Part shown: positions 50,768 through 59,023 of the stretch, piece after piece | Layout of the letters: every line of letters begins with the position of its first letter | How positions within the stretch are numbered: position 1 is the first letter of the stretch | NCBI GenBank assembly: GCA_944345545.1 | Contig: CALVMK010000062.1 | Coordinates: 4,538 to 68,537 of the forward strand | DNA from: an uncultured Clostridia bacterium | Lineage (GTDB): Bacteria; Bacillota; Clostridia; Christensenellales; UBA1242 | Direction: 5' to 3' | DNA length: 64,000 nt | Made by a program: the position numbers and the translations under genes | Notes under the pieces: generated by a model | Seen by the model: only the letters and a program-made list of their open reading frames with translations | The model's database searches: none | Told to the model about the DNA's origin: nothing

Positions 50768-51794
50768 CTTTTAATATTTTATTTCTAAGTTGCCCGCATG
50801 CACCTTCTATATCTTCACCCATTGTTCTTCTAACGGTTGAACTAACCCCAAGTTTGTTTAATTTTTCAGCAAAGGCATACGCATTTTTTGACGATTTTAA
50901 CCCCCTTTCTTTTACTTCATTTAAAGGAATAATATTTACATGAAAGGAATAATCACCCTTTAAATTTTTTGCTAATTCTTCAGCATTTTTTAAACTATCG
51001 TTTTCTCCAGCTATAACCGCATATTCATAAATAACTCTTCTGCCTGTTTTTTGAAAATATCGTATTGCGGCTTTAATTACTTCTTCAAATTTATAAGCCT
51101 TGGCTATTGGCATTAATTTTTCTCTTATTTGCTGATTAGATGAGTGTAGTGAAATAGTTAATGTTAAAGGAATATTTTCTTTTGAAAGTTTATCAATTTT
51201 ATCCACAAGCCCACATGTTGATAAAGAGATATTTCTTGGAGATATATTTAAACTTTCAACAGAACTTATTATTTTTAAAAATTTAATAACATTATTATAA
51301 TTATCTAATGGTTCTCCACTACCCATTAACACAATATTGGTTATTTTTCTTTCTTTAACACTTCCACCCAAATCTCTGTTCACAATTAAAACTTGAGATA
51401 AAATTTCACCAGCAGTTAAATTTCTAACAAGTCCATTTAAACCAGAAGCACAAAAAGAACAATTCATTCTACAACCAACTTGAGTAGAAACGCAGAGTGT
51501 ATAACCATATTTATATTTCATTAAAACACCCTCTACAATATTTCCATCTAAAAATTTATAAACATATTTTTTTGTGCCATCTTTACTTTCAAGTTTTTTA
51601 TAAATTTGAGTTGGAAAATCTTGAAAATTTTCTAAAATTTTTTCTCTTAGAGCTTTGCCTATATTAGACATTTCTTTTAACTTTTTTCCAGAATGCAAGC
51701 CTTCAAAAAGCTGTTTTGCTCTAAATAATGGTTCATTTAAACTTAAAATATAATCTTTCAACTCTTCATAATTCAAATCTAATATCGTCTGCAT
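50757..51794 (-). CDS. rlmN: 23S rRNA/tRNA adenine-C2 methyltransferase RlmN (radical SAM)
   Basis: CVSTQVGCRMNCSFCASG radical-SAM cluster motif, C-terminal ..GACGQL.., 345 aa. Confidence 0.9.
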   Translation of the reverse strand: MQTILDLNYEELKDYILSLNEPLFRAKQLFEGLHSGKKLKEMSNIGKALREKILENFQDFPTQIYKKLESKDGTKKYVYKFLDGNIVEGVLMKYKYGYTLCVSTQVGCRMNCSFCASGLNGLVRNLTAGEILSQVLIVNRDLGGSVKERKITNIVLMGSGEPLDNYNNVIKFLKIISSVESLNISPRNISLSTCGLVDKIDKLSKENIPLTLTISLHSSNQQIREKLMPIAKAYKFEEVIKAAIRYFQKTGRRVIYEYAVIAGENDSLKNAEELAKNLKGDYSFHVNIIPLNEVKERGLKSSKNAYAFAEKLNKLGVSSTVRRTMGEDIEGACGQLRNKILKDEN

Positions 51795-51882
51795 GCTTTA
51801 ATTATATAAGTTTTATTACATTAAAGCAATATTTTTTGAATATTATTTAATTTTTTACAAACAATAATAACGGAGGTAAAAA

Positions 51883-52044
51883 ATGGAAAACAAAAAATGG
51901 CGTCCAGGAGAACAAGCTCCTCAAAGCGGTAACTACACAGCTTATGACAGTCAAGGGCATAACGGTGGCTCTACCTATCTTGAAAAAGGACAAAGATTTC
52001 CTGCTACTCAACATTCTGGTAGTTACTACGAATTAGAACAATAA
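51883..52044 (+). CDS. YjzC-like small protein (53 aa; below the ORF-track length cutoff)
   Basis: Hand-translated as MENKKWRPGEQAPQSGNYTAYDSQGHNGGSTYLEKGQRFPATQHSGSYYELEQ. Strong RBS ACGGAGGTAAAAA-ATG. The pattern PG(E/Q)KAP.SG.Y....G......L..G..FP.T is as in YjzC-family proteins. Confidence 0.7.
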   Translation: MENKKWRPGEQAPQSGNYTAYDSQGHNGGSTYLEKGQRFPATQHSGSYYELEQ

Positions 52045-52110
52045 TCTTTGTGCCGAGCTTTTCTCTCTTTTCAACTCGGCATACTCCTTTTGCTTAGTCC
52101 TAATTGGACA

Positions 52111-52139
52111 AACCGACAAATATTATTCGTCGGTTTTTT
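52111..52139 (+). terminator. Rho-independent terminator after the yjzC-like gene
   Basis: Stem AACCGAC/GTCGGTT with an 11-nt loop, followed by TTTTTT. Confidence 0.7.
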
Positions 52140-52238
52140 AATTATATATTGTTTTTAAGTTAAAAGAATTATTTTAAAATAATTAATTTTAAAACTAAAT
52201 TATTTTTTTAATGAAAATTAATTAAAAAAATAAATATA

Positions 52239-52312
52239 CGGAAAGTGCGGGCTAAAGCCCGCTAGCCACTCTTTGAGTGGCTTAAATTTTGCGTTGCAAA
52301 ATTTACTTTCCG
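52239..52312 (+). repeat. GC-rich four-way-junction (cloverleaf-shaped) element, copy B
   Basis: Outer stem: CGGAAAGT/ACTTTCCG. H1: GCGGGC-taaa-GCCCGC. H2: AGCCACTC-ttt-GAGTGGCT. H3: AAATTTTGC-gtt-GCAAAATTT. The arm order on the + strand is the same as in copy A. The element abuts the gpmI stop codon (52313-52315). Confidence 0.75.
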
Positions 52313-53812
52313 TTAGTGTTTAATCATACTGCACGTCATAGAATCAGGTTTTTTAATGTTAAGCAACTCTAAAACTGTAGGAGCAACATTAGCAAGAATA
52401 CCATTTTCTATAAGCTTAACCTTTTTAAATTTTTCACTTGCCAATATAAAAGGAACAGGATTAGAACTATGTGCGGTTACAGGTTTGCCGTTTTTATCTA
52501 ATAAGCATTCAGCATTTCCATGGTCAGCAGTAATAATACAATCTCCGCCAGCTAAGATTGTTGCCATGCAAACCGCATATGCACATTTGTCCACAACTTG
52601 AATTGCTCTTTTTGTTGCTTCCATGTTTGCAGTATGCCCAATCATGTCAGGGTTAGAGAAATTAATTAAAATAAAATCATATTTATTTAAACTAATTGCA
52701 TTCATAGCATCTTCTGCAATCTCAAACGCTCTCATTTCTGGAAATTCACTAAAATCTTTAACATTTTTTGTTTCAATCAGTTTTCTATCTTCATTTTCAA
52801 AAGGTTCTTCCCTTCCTCCATTAAAAAAGAAAGTAACATGTGCATATTTTGTGGTCTCAGCAATATGATATTGCTTTAAACCCGCTTTAGAAATAATTTC
52901 ACTTAACCCATTTCTAACCACTTCTGCAGGATAAGCAACATGAACATTTTTTAATTCGTCTGAGTAATTAGTCATTGTAACAAAATATAAGTTGCTTAAT
53001 TTTTTAGTAGGAAATTTTGAAAAATTATCTTCTGTTATCGCTTCAGTTAATTCACGAGGTCTATCCGTTCTAAAATTGAAGAAAATCACACTATCTCCAG
53101 AATTTATAATTTTAGGTTTGCCAATTATAGTTGGTTCAATAAATTCATCATAAATTCCATCATCATAACTTTCTTTTATAGCTTCAGTTGCGCTTTGATA
53201 AAATCTTTCTGCTTGTCCTAAGCATATTGCATCATAGGCTTTCATAACTCTATCATATCTCTTTTCCCTATCCATAGCATAAAACCTGCCCATGATTGTA
53301 GCGATTTCAGCATTTTTATTTTTCATAAAATCTTCAAGCTGGGAAACATAGTTTAAAGCACTATCTTTTAAAGTATCTCTGCCATCTGTAAAAACATGAA
53401 CATATATTTTTTCAACACCTGAGTTATATGCCATGTCAATTAGAGTTTTTAAATGACTTATATGAGAATGAACTCCACCATCAGAAACCAAACCCATTAA
53501 ATGTAAAACTTTTGAATGTTTAAAAGCTCGTTTAAACTCTTCATTGTTTTGAAATTTACCAGATTTTATATCTTCATTTATCCTGCTTAAATCTTGAAGT
53601 ACAATTCTTCCAGCCCCCAAGTTTAAATGTCCCACTTCACTATTACCCATTTGACCATCACTCAAGCCCACAGCTTCTCCACTAGCTTTTATTAAAGTGT
53701 TAGGATATTTTAACTTTAATTTATCAATATTAGGTGTTCCTTGTTGCTTTATAGCGTTACCATATGTTTCATTGCTTTCACCAAACCCATCTAAAATAAT
53801 TAATGTAACCAT
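52313..53812 (-). CDS. gpmI: 2,3-bisphosphoglycerate-independent phosphoglycerate mutase
   Basis: MVTLIILDGFG..GNSEVGHLNLGAGR..ADHGNAE are canonical iPGM motifs. 499 aa. Confidence 0.95.
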   Translation of the reverse strand: MVTLIILDGFGESNETYGNAIKQQGTPNIDKLKLKYPNTLIKASGEAVGLSDGQMGNSEVGHLNLGAGRIVLQDLSRINEDIKSGKFQNNEEFKRAFKHSKVLHLMGLVSDGGVHSHISHLKTLIDMAYNSGVEKIYVHVFTDGRDTLKDSALNYVSQLEDFMKNKNAEIATIMGRFYAMDREKRYDRVMKAYDAICLGQAERFYQSATEAIKESYDDGIYDEFIEPTIIGKPKIINSGDSVIFFNFRTDRPRELTEAITEDNFSKFPTKKLSNLYFVTMTNYSDELKNVHVAYPAEVVRNGLSEIISKAGLKQYHIAETTKYAHVTFFFNGGREEPFENEDRKLIETKNVKDFSEFPEMRAFEIAEDAMNAISLNKYDFILINFSNPDMIGHTANMEATKRAIQVVDKCAYAVCMATILAGGDCIITADHGNAECLLDKNGKPVTAHSSNPVPFILASEKFKKVKLIENGILANVAPTVLELLNIKKPDSMTCSMIKH

Positions 53813-53853
53813 GGTTATATTGTAATTCTAATTATAACAAAAAGTCAATTTAA

Positions 53854-53882
53854 TTGACAAATTTTAAATATTATGATAAATT
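53854..53882 (+). promoter_or_regulatory. Extended -10 promoter of argS; implies a leaderless or near-leaderless mRNA
   Basis: TTGACA (53854-53859), 17-nt spacer, TGaTAAATT (TG at 53874-53875; -10 box at 53877-53882). The ATG at 53890 is 7 nt after the -10 box. No SD is present. Confidence 0.5.
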
Positions 53883-53889
53883 TTTCATT

Positions 53890-55542
53890 ATGAATTTAAT
53901 AGATATCATAGCTAAAAAATTAAAAGTAAATCCAAGTTTAATAACAAAATGTCCTAAAATAGAAATGGGAGATTATAGTCTTCCTTGTTTTATGTTTGCA
54001 AAAGAAGAACAAGTATCAGTTGACACAATTATGGAACGCTTTATTTCTAAAGTGAAAAATGAACCAATGTTTCAAGAATTTAAAAAAATGGGCGGATATT
54101 TAAACTTTTGCTTAAACAAACAATTTGTAGGTGAAGAAATTTTAAAAGATTTAAAGTGTCTATCTTTATCTAACATTGGCAAAGATAAAGTTATTGCAAT
54201 TGATTATTGTTCAGTAAATTTAGCAAAATATTTGCACATTGGGCATTTTACAACTACAATAATTGGAGAAAGCATTGCAAGAATATGTGAAGCTTTAGGA
54301 TATAAGGTAATAAGAATTAATTATGTTGGAGATTATGGAACTCCATTTGGTAAAATGGTCGTTGCTTATAAACTTTGGGGAAACAAAAAAGATATTGAAC
54401 AAAGAGGAATGGACGCTATTCAAGAGTTATATGTAAAATTTTGTGCAAATGAAAATGAAGAATTGTTAGAAAAAGCAAGGTATGCATCTAACCAAATTGA
54501 AAAAAAACTTGGCACAGAATATGAAATCTATAAATGGATTATAAATATAACAATTGAAGAAACTAAAAATTTGATAGGAAGAATGGGAATCAAATTTGAT
54601 GACTGGCGTGGAGAAAGCACTTATACAAATGAAATGGAAAAGCCATTAGAAGAAATAAGATTGGCAGGCTTGTCAAAAGTTGAAAATGGTGCAACGATAA
54701 TAGACCTAAATGAATATAACCTTGGCGTATGTGTTTTAAAGAGAAGTGACGGAGCAAGCTTATATGTTACCAGAGATTTAGCTGCAGTTGAAGATAGATA
54801 TAATTTATATAAATTTGATGAAATGTTATACGTAACCGCTACACAACAAAATTCACATTTTGCAAAACTTTTTAAAATTTGCGAACTTTTAAACAAACCA
54901 TATGCTGATAAATTAAAACACATAAACTACGGAATGTTCAGCTTGCCCGAAGGAAAAATTGCAAGCAGAAAAGGAAAACAAGCCTTATTTCAAGATATTT
55001 TAAATGAAGCAGAAAATGAAGCCCTTGAAGTTGTTAAAGATAGAAATTTAAGCAATGAAAAGAAAGATGAAATATCCAAAAAAGTTGCAATGTCAAGCAT
55101 TGCATTTAGCATATTAAAAGTTGATAGAATTAAAGACAAAGTTTTCGATTTAAAAAAGGCAGTATCTTTTGACGGAGAAACTGGACCATATATTCAATAC
55201 ACATATGCTAGATGTAATAGTTTAATTAAAAAATATAAAGAAAAGTATGAAATAAAAGAAGATTTAATGCCTGAAATTAGTCAATCACTTTTTAATTTAT
55301 TAAAAATGATGGCAGAATGGGAAAGCATAATATTAACATCAAAATATAAATACGAACCAAGCATAATTTCAAGATATTTAATAGACCTTTGTCAAATGTT
55401 TAATAGTTACTACAATGAAAATAAAATAATAACAGATAACGAAGAAGAGAGTTCAAAAAAAATAAATGTGATAATAACAATAAAAAATTTGTTAGAAAAG
55501 TTAATGCCACTTGTATGCATCTCTCCAATTCAAGAAATGTAA
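53890..55542 (+). CDS. argS: Arginine--tRNA ligase
   Basis: MNLIDIIAKKL.. is an Arg-tRNA-synthetase N-domain. HIGH-like motif is LHIGH. Includes an anticodon-binding C-terminal domain. Start moved from the track's TTG at 53854, which is the -35 hexamer, to the ATG at 53890. Confidence 0.9.
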   Translation: MNLIDIIAKKLKVNPSLITKCPKIEMGDYSLPCFMFAKEEQVSVDTIMERFISKVKNEPMFQEFKKMGGYLNFCLNKQFVGEEILKDLKCLSLSNIGKDKVIAIDYCSVNLAKYLHIGHFTTTIIGESIARICEALGYKVIRINYVGDYGTPFGKMVVAYKLWGNKKDIEQRGMDAIQELYVKFCANENEELLEKARYASNQIEKKLGTEYEIYKWIINITIEETKNLIGRMGIKFDDWRGESTYTNEMEKPLEEIRLAGLSKVENGATIIDLNEYNLGVCVLKRSDGASLYVTRDLAAVEDRYNLYKFDEMLYVTATQQNSHFAKLFKICELLNKPYADKLKHINYGMFSLPEGKIASRKGKQALFQDILNEAENEALEVVKDRNLSNEKKDEISKKVAMSSIAFSILKVDRIKDKVFDLKKAVSFDGETGPYIQYTYARCNSLIKKYKEKYEIKEDLMPEISQSLFNLLKMMAEWESIILTSKYKYEPSIISRYLIDLCQMFNSYYNENKIITDNEEESSKKINVIITIKNLLEKLMPLVCISPIQEM

Positions 55543-55632
55543 GAAATAATTTAGTTGTGCAATGTAATAGATTTATAAAAATAAATTTTTATTGTGTAAA
55601 AAGAATTACAATAAAATTTTTATAAACTAAAC

Positions 55633-55666
55633 AAAAAACCCTAAACGAATTGTTTAGGGTTTTTTG
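55633..55666. terminator. Bidirectional terminator between argS and the convergent secreted-protein gene
   Basis: AAAAAACCCTAAAC-gaatt-GTTTAGGGTTTTTT, a 10-bp stem flanked by an A-run and a T-run. Confidence 0.8.
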
Positions 55667-55707
55667 TATTTAATTGAAAAGAAATTTTATTTAGGACTTT
55701 TAATTTT

Positions 55708-55732
55708 TAACTCTTAATAGGACTTAGAGTTA
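55708..55732 (-). promoter_or_regulatory. 3'-UTR hairpin abutting the stop codon, with loop motif AAGUCCUA
   Basis: Stem TAACTCT/AGAGTTA (7 bp). The 11-nt loop contains ATAGGACTT on the plus strand, which is AAGUCCUAU in mRNA sense. Confidence 0.5.
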
Positions 55733-56326
55733 TTAAGCAGCAGGTGTAATGTCTATATCAAAAGAAACATTAGATGCATCAAGTGTTTGTGAAACATTGT
55801 TTAATGTCAATGTATAAACATATTCAACATATTTTCCAGAAGCAAGACCTTCCAAATCTGATGCAGTTCCTGCTCCATCTTCAGTTTGATATGAAATAAC
55901 AGCATCCACAGTTTCACCAGCTGCATTTGTTGGAGTAACAACTATATCAATAGCTTTTTCAGGTGTATCATTTGTAAATTTAAAAACATATTTAATTGTT
56001 TGTCCAGCGCCTTCAGCAAAAGCTAATGATCCAATATTCCATGCTCCACCTGTGAAATTAGCAGAATCTCCACCAGCTTGAGCAGTAAATGTTTCGTTAG
56101 ATTGTGCAGTTAATACAGTATAGTTTTTAGCTGTAACTGTTTTATTTATGCTATCTCCACCAGAAACTGTTCCTACAAAAGTAACATAAACACTGGTTGA
56201 TGAGAAGCTTACAGTTGAATTTACTGTCAATGATACAGAAGTAGCAGCTAAAACACCAATTGTCATCATGCAAACTGCAAGTGCAAGAGAACCAATTGTA
56301 GCAAAAAGTTTAAATTTCTTTTTCAT
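55733..56326 (-). CDS. Small secreted beta-rich protein (197 aa), probably abundant
   Basis: Signal peptide MKKKFKLFATIGSLALAVCMMTIGVLAA|TS. Strong RBS TTTAAGGAGGAAATTT-ATG. Near-consensus promoter. Thr/Ser/Val-rich mature part with no recognisable family. Confidence 0.7.
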   Translation of the reverse strand: MKKKFKLFATIGSLALAVCMMTIGVLAATSVSLTVNSTVSFSSTSVYVTFVGTVSGGDSINKTVTAKNYTVLTAQSNETFTAQAGGDSANFTGGAWNIGSLAFAEGAGQTIKYVFKFTNDTPEKAIDIVVTPTNAAGETVDAVISYQTEDGAGTASDLEGLASGKYVEYVYTLTLNNVSQTLDASNVSFDIDITPAA

Positions 56327-56389
56327 AAATTTCCTCCTTAAATTATTTGAAAAATTTCTTTAATTTTCCCTTAAACTTAATATATATTC

Positions 56390-56418
56390 CATGTCTATAA
56401 GTCCTAAAAACAGACATG
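56390..56418 (-). promoter_or_regulatory. 5'-UTR hairpin 2, with loop motif UUAGGACUU
   Basis: Stem CATGTCT/AGACATG (7 bp). The 15-nt loop ataAGTCCTAAaaac on the plus strand reads ..UUUAGGACUUAU.. in mRNA sense. Confidence 0.5.
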
Positions 56419-56462
56419 AAAAAATAAGCGTCGTTTAAGAGTTCAAAATTTAACCTAAATTT

Positions 56463-56485
56463 GTTAAGGCTTAGGACTCCTTAAC
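56463..56485 (-). promoter_or_regulatory. 5'-UTR hairpin 1, with loop motif AGUCCUAAG
   Basis: Stem GTTAAGG/CCTTAAC (7 bp). The 9-nt loop CTTAGGACT on the plus strand reads AGUCCUAAG in mRNA sense. Confidence 0.5.
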
Positions 56486-56510
56486 CCCCTTAAATTAAAT
56501 TTGATACCTT

Positions 56511-56539
56511 ATTGTAAAATTTATGCAAAATTTTGTCAA
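56511..56539 (-). promoter_or_regulatory. Promoter of the 197-aa secreted-protein gene
   Basis: On the minus strand, TTGACA (56539-56534), 17-nt spacer, TACAAT (56516-56511). This implies a 5' UTR of about 178 nt. Confidence 0.6.
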
Positions 56540-56576
56540 ATAAATTAAACAAGTTTTTTTATTTTTTTTAATCTTT

Positions 56577-56604
56577 TTGATTTTTATTTTTTTAGTGCTA
56601 TAAT
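56577..56604 (+). promoter_or_regulatory. Extended -10 promoter of the TIM-barrel gene
   Basis: TTGATT (56577-56582), 16-nt spacer ending in TGc, TATAAT (56599-56604). Confidence 0.55.
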
Positions 56605-56620
56605 CCATTTAGGATAACAT

Positions 56621-57394
56621 ATGAAAAAAGGAATTAGTTTTTACTTTGGTTATAACATAAAACCTAAAATACGTGCAATACTTATTAAGGAAGCAGGGTT
56701 TACTTCTGTTATAACAACTGCCGATAAAAAATTTAATAAACAAAATGGCAACATAAAAACTCAAGTTAAATATTTTAAAAAAAATAATTTAGAACTTTCA
56801 AGTTTGCACATGCAATATATTTCAAACGAACTGCCAAATTTTTGGAAAGAAGGTAAAATTGGCGAGCATTTAAAACATCAACTTATAAAAGATGTTATAA
56901 TAGCAAAAAAATATGGTTTTTCTTGTGTTGTTGTTCATGTTGACGGAAAGTATTCCCCTATTGGAGAAAAAAGAATTAAAGAAGTTTTAGACTTTTGTGA
57001 AAAAGTGCAAATTCCACTTGCAATAGAAAACACCCATTCTCAAAAACTTTTTTTAGACATATTTAATAAAATTTCAAGTCCTATGCTTAAATTTTGTTAT
57101 GATTCTGGTCACAACAATGCTTTCGACAAAGATTTTGATTATTCAAAAAAATACTTCGATAAGCTAATAGCATTACATTTACACGACAACAATGGAACTG
57201 CAGATCAACACACTTTAAACAAGTTTGGCAACATTAATTGGAAAAACATTGCAAGTAAACTTAAAGGAAAAGACAAATTAAGCTTAGACTATGAAATATT
57301 ATCTCCCATAGAAAACAACATGAAACCAGAAGACGTTTTAAAAGAAATAAAAAAGCAAGCTGACGAACTTGAAAAAATGATTTTAAAAATCTAG
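56621..57394 (+). CDS. Xylose-isomerase-like TIM-barrel protein (sugar phosphate isomerase/epimerase or AP-endonuclease-2 family)
   Basis: ..CVVVHVDG.., ..PLAIENTH.., ..FCYDSGHNN.. and ..ALHLHDNNGTADQH.. match the metal-ligand pattern of this fold. Confidence 0.6.
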   Translation: MKKGISFYFGYNIKPKIRAILIKEAGFTSVITTADKKFNKQNGNIKTQVKYFKKNNLELSSLHMQYISNELPNFWKEGKIGEHLKHQLIKDVIIAKKYGFSCVVVHVDGKYSPIGEKRIKEVLDFCEKVQIPLAIENTHSQKLFLDIFNKISSPMLKFCYDSGHNNAFDKDFDYSKKYFDKLIALHLHDNNGTADQHTLNKFGNINWKNIASKLKGKDKLSLDYEILSPIENNMKPEDVLKEIKKQADELEKMILKI

Positions 57395-57660
57395 TACCAA
57401 CATTAGCAACAAATGACAACTTTAAAAGATATATAAATAATTTTTTAATTATAACTTAAAATCATCTTTGCAAAAATAAAACAAATTCCATAAAGCACAA
57501 AATAAACATTATTAATAATAAAATACTACGTTTTACTATGCAAAAAAATTTTACAAAGAGTAAAAACTAACCTTGTATGAAATTTCTCCAAATTAGGTTA
57601 GTTTTACTTTTTATTAAAATGCCTTTATTAATAATTTTTGTAATTAAATAAATCATTTTT

Positions 57661-57822
57661 TTCTTCGAAGAACTTTCTTCGCACGAGAGTACGCACCAAA
57701 CTCCCGCTTTAGCGGAGTTTGCGTCTAGTGCGTATTTGGCGAGCGTGTTTGCATTTGTGGCATAAGCTTTTAAGTTCCTTAAAAGCTTGCCCTTAGCAAA
57801 CTAAGCGAGCCTAGCTTCTCGC
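57661..57822. repeat. GC-rich multi-hairpin cluster immediately 3' of rplA (overlaps its last codons)
   Basis: Five hairpins: CGAAGA-actt-TCTTCG (57666-57681); ACGC..AAACTCC.GC-ttta-GC.GGAGTTT..GCGT (57691-57724); AAGCTTTTAAG-ttc-CTTAAAAGCTT (57764-57788); CTTAG-caaa-CTAAG (57792-57805); GCGAG-N8-CTCGC (57805-57822). Confidence 0.6.
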
Positions 57823-58491
57823 ATTAATTTTAATTCCAGGTCCCATTGTTGAACAAATTGACACATTTTTAATGTATTGTCCTTTTGCTGCTGCTGGTTT
57901 TGCTTTGATAATAGCATTCATTAATGTTTCATAGTTTTCTTTTAATTTATCTTTACCAAAGCTTACCTTACCAAAAGTTACATGAATATTGTTAAATTTG
58001 TCTAGTCTATACTCAACTTTACCAGCTTTAACATCTTCAATAGCTTTTTTAACATCTAGAGTAACTGTTCCACTCTTTGGGTTTGGCATTAAACCTTTAG
58101 GTCCTAAAACTCTTGCAATTCTTCCTACAATGCCCATCATGTCTGGAGTAGTGATACAAACATCAAAATCAAGCCAATTATCGTTTAATATTTTAGCTAC
58201 AATTTCTTCTGCTCCTACAAAATCAGCACCAGCTTTTTCAGCTTCTACTGCTTTGTCTCCTTTAGCAATAACAAGAACTTTTACTTTTTTTCCTGTTCCG
58301 TTTGGAAGAACAACAACGCCACGAACTTGTTGATCTGCAACTCTACCATCTACACCAAGTTTTAAATGAAGTTCTAAACTTTCATCAAATTTAGCTTTTG
58401 CTGTAGAAAGTGCAAGTTCAATACCTTCGTCAACATCATATAGTTTAGAGGAATCTACTAATTTTTTTGCTTCGTTATATCTTTTATTCAT
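57811..58491 (-). CDS. rplA: 50S ribosomal protein L1
   Basis: 226 aa. ..LHLKLGVD...[15 protein letters not shown].. is canonical L1. Confidence 0.95.
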   Translation of the reverse strand: MNKRYNEAKKLVDSSKLYDVDEGIELALSTAKAKFDESLELHLKLGVDGRVADQQVRGVVVLPNGTGKKVKVLVIAKGDKAVEAEKAGADFVGAEEIVAKILNDNWLDFDVCITTPDMMGIVGRIARVLGPKGLMPNPKSGTVTLDVKKAIEDVKAGKVEYRLDKFNNIHVTFGKVSFGKDKLKENYETLMNAIIKAKPAAAKGQYIKNVSICSTMGPGIKINARS

Positions 58492-58495
58492 TGCC

Positions 58496-58927
58496 TTATT
58501 CCTCCACTGTTACGCCCATGCTTCTAGCTGTTCCAGCTACCATGCTCATTGCTGATTCAATTGAGCTAGCATTTAAGTCTGGCATTTTAAGCTCAGCGAT
58601 TTTTCTAATTTCTTCTTTAGAAATTTTTGCGACTTTTTGACGATTAGGTTTTCCTGAACCTGTTTCAATTCCGCAAGCCTTTTTAATTAAAACGGCTGCA
58701 GGTGGAGTTTTTAAAACAAAACTAAAACTCCTATCTTGGTAAATAGTTATTACCACTGGAATGATAAGCCCAGCTTGAGAAGCTGTTTTATCATTAAATT
58801 CTTGGGTAAAGCCTGCAATGTTTATACCATGAGGTCCAAGTGATGAACCAACTGGTGGTCCTGGTGTTGCTTTACCAGCTGGCAATTGTAATTTAACAAC
58901 TGCTGTTACCTTTTTTGGTGCTGCCAT
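58496..58927 (-). CDS. rplK: 50S ribosomal protein L11
   Basis: ..[24 protein letters not shown]...N.. is canonical L11. Confidence 0.95.
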   Translation of the reverse strand: MAAPKKVTAVVKLQLPAGKATPGPPVGSSLGPHGINIAGFTQEFNDKTASQAGLIIPVVITIYQDRSFSFVLKTPPAAVLIKKACGIETGSGKPNRQKVAKISKEEIRKIAELKMPDLNASSIESAMSMVAGTARSMGVTVEE

Positions 58928-59023
58928 AAATTTTCTCCTTTTTAGTGGTTCCTTTGAAAGTTTGGCTAACTTTCTCCCACAATTTTTTAGTATATTTCAA
59001 AGCTTTTCAGCTTTAAAACCAAA

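Noticed and set aside
52176-52193. A perfect 18-bp AT-only palindrome, AATTATTTTAAAATAATT, between the yjzC-like gene and element B.
   Set aside because: AT-only palindromes of this length arise easily in such AT-rich spacers. There is no second copy and no associated gene context.
53854-53889. The track's TTG start for argS (MTNFKYYDKFFI extension).
   Set aside because: The TTG is the first base of a TTGACA -35 hexamer with a matching extended -10 box. The conserved ArgRS N-domain begins at the ATG at 53890.
58928-59023. A possible L1-binding autoregulatory leader upstream of rplK (minus-strand GUGG-GAGAAAGUU-agccaa-AACUUUC..CCAC nested hairpin).
   Set aside because: The nested hairpin is real, but I cannot verify from memory that it resembles the L1 rRNA-binding-site mimic. 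It is left as a note for a cmscan rather than reported as a finding.
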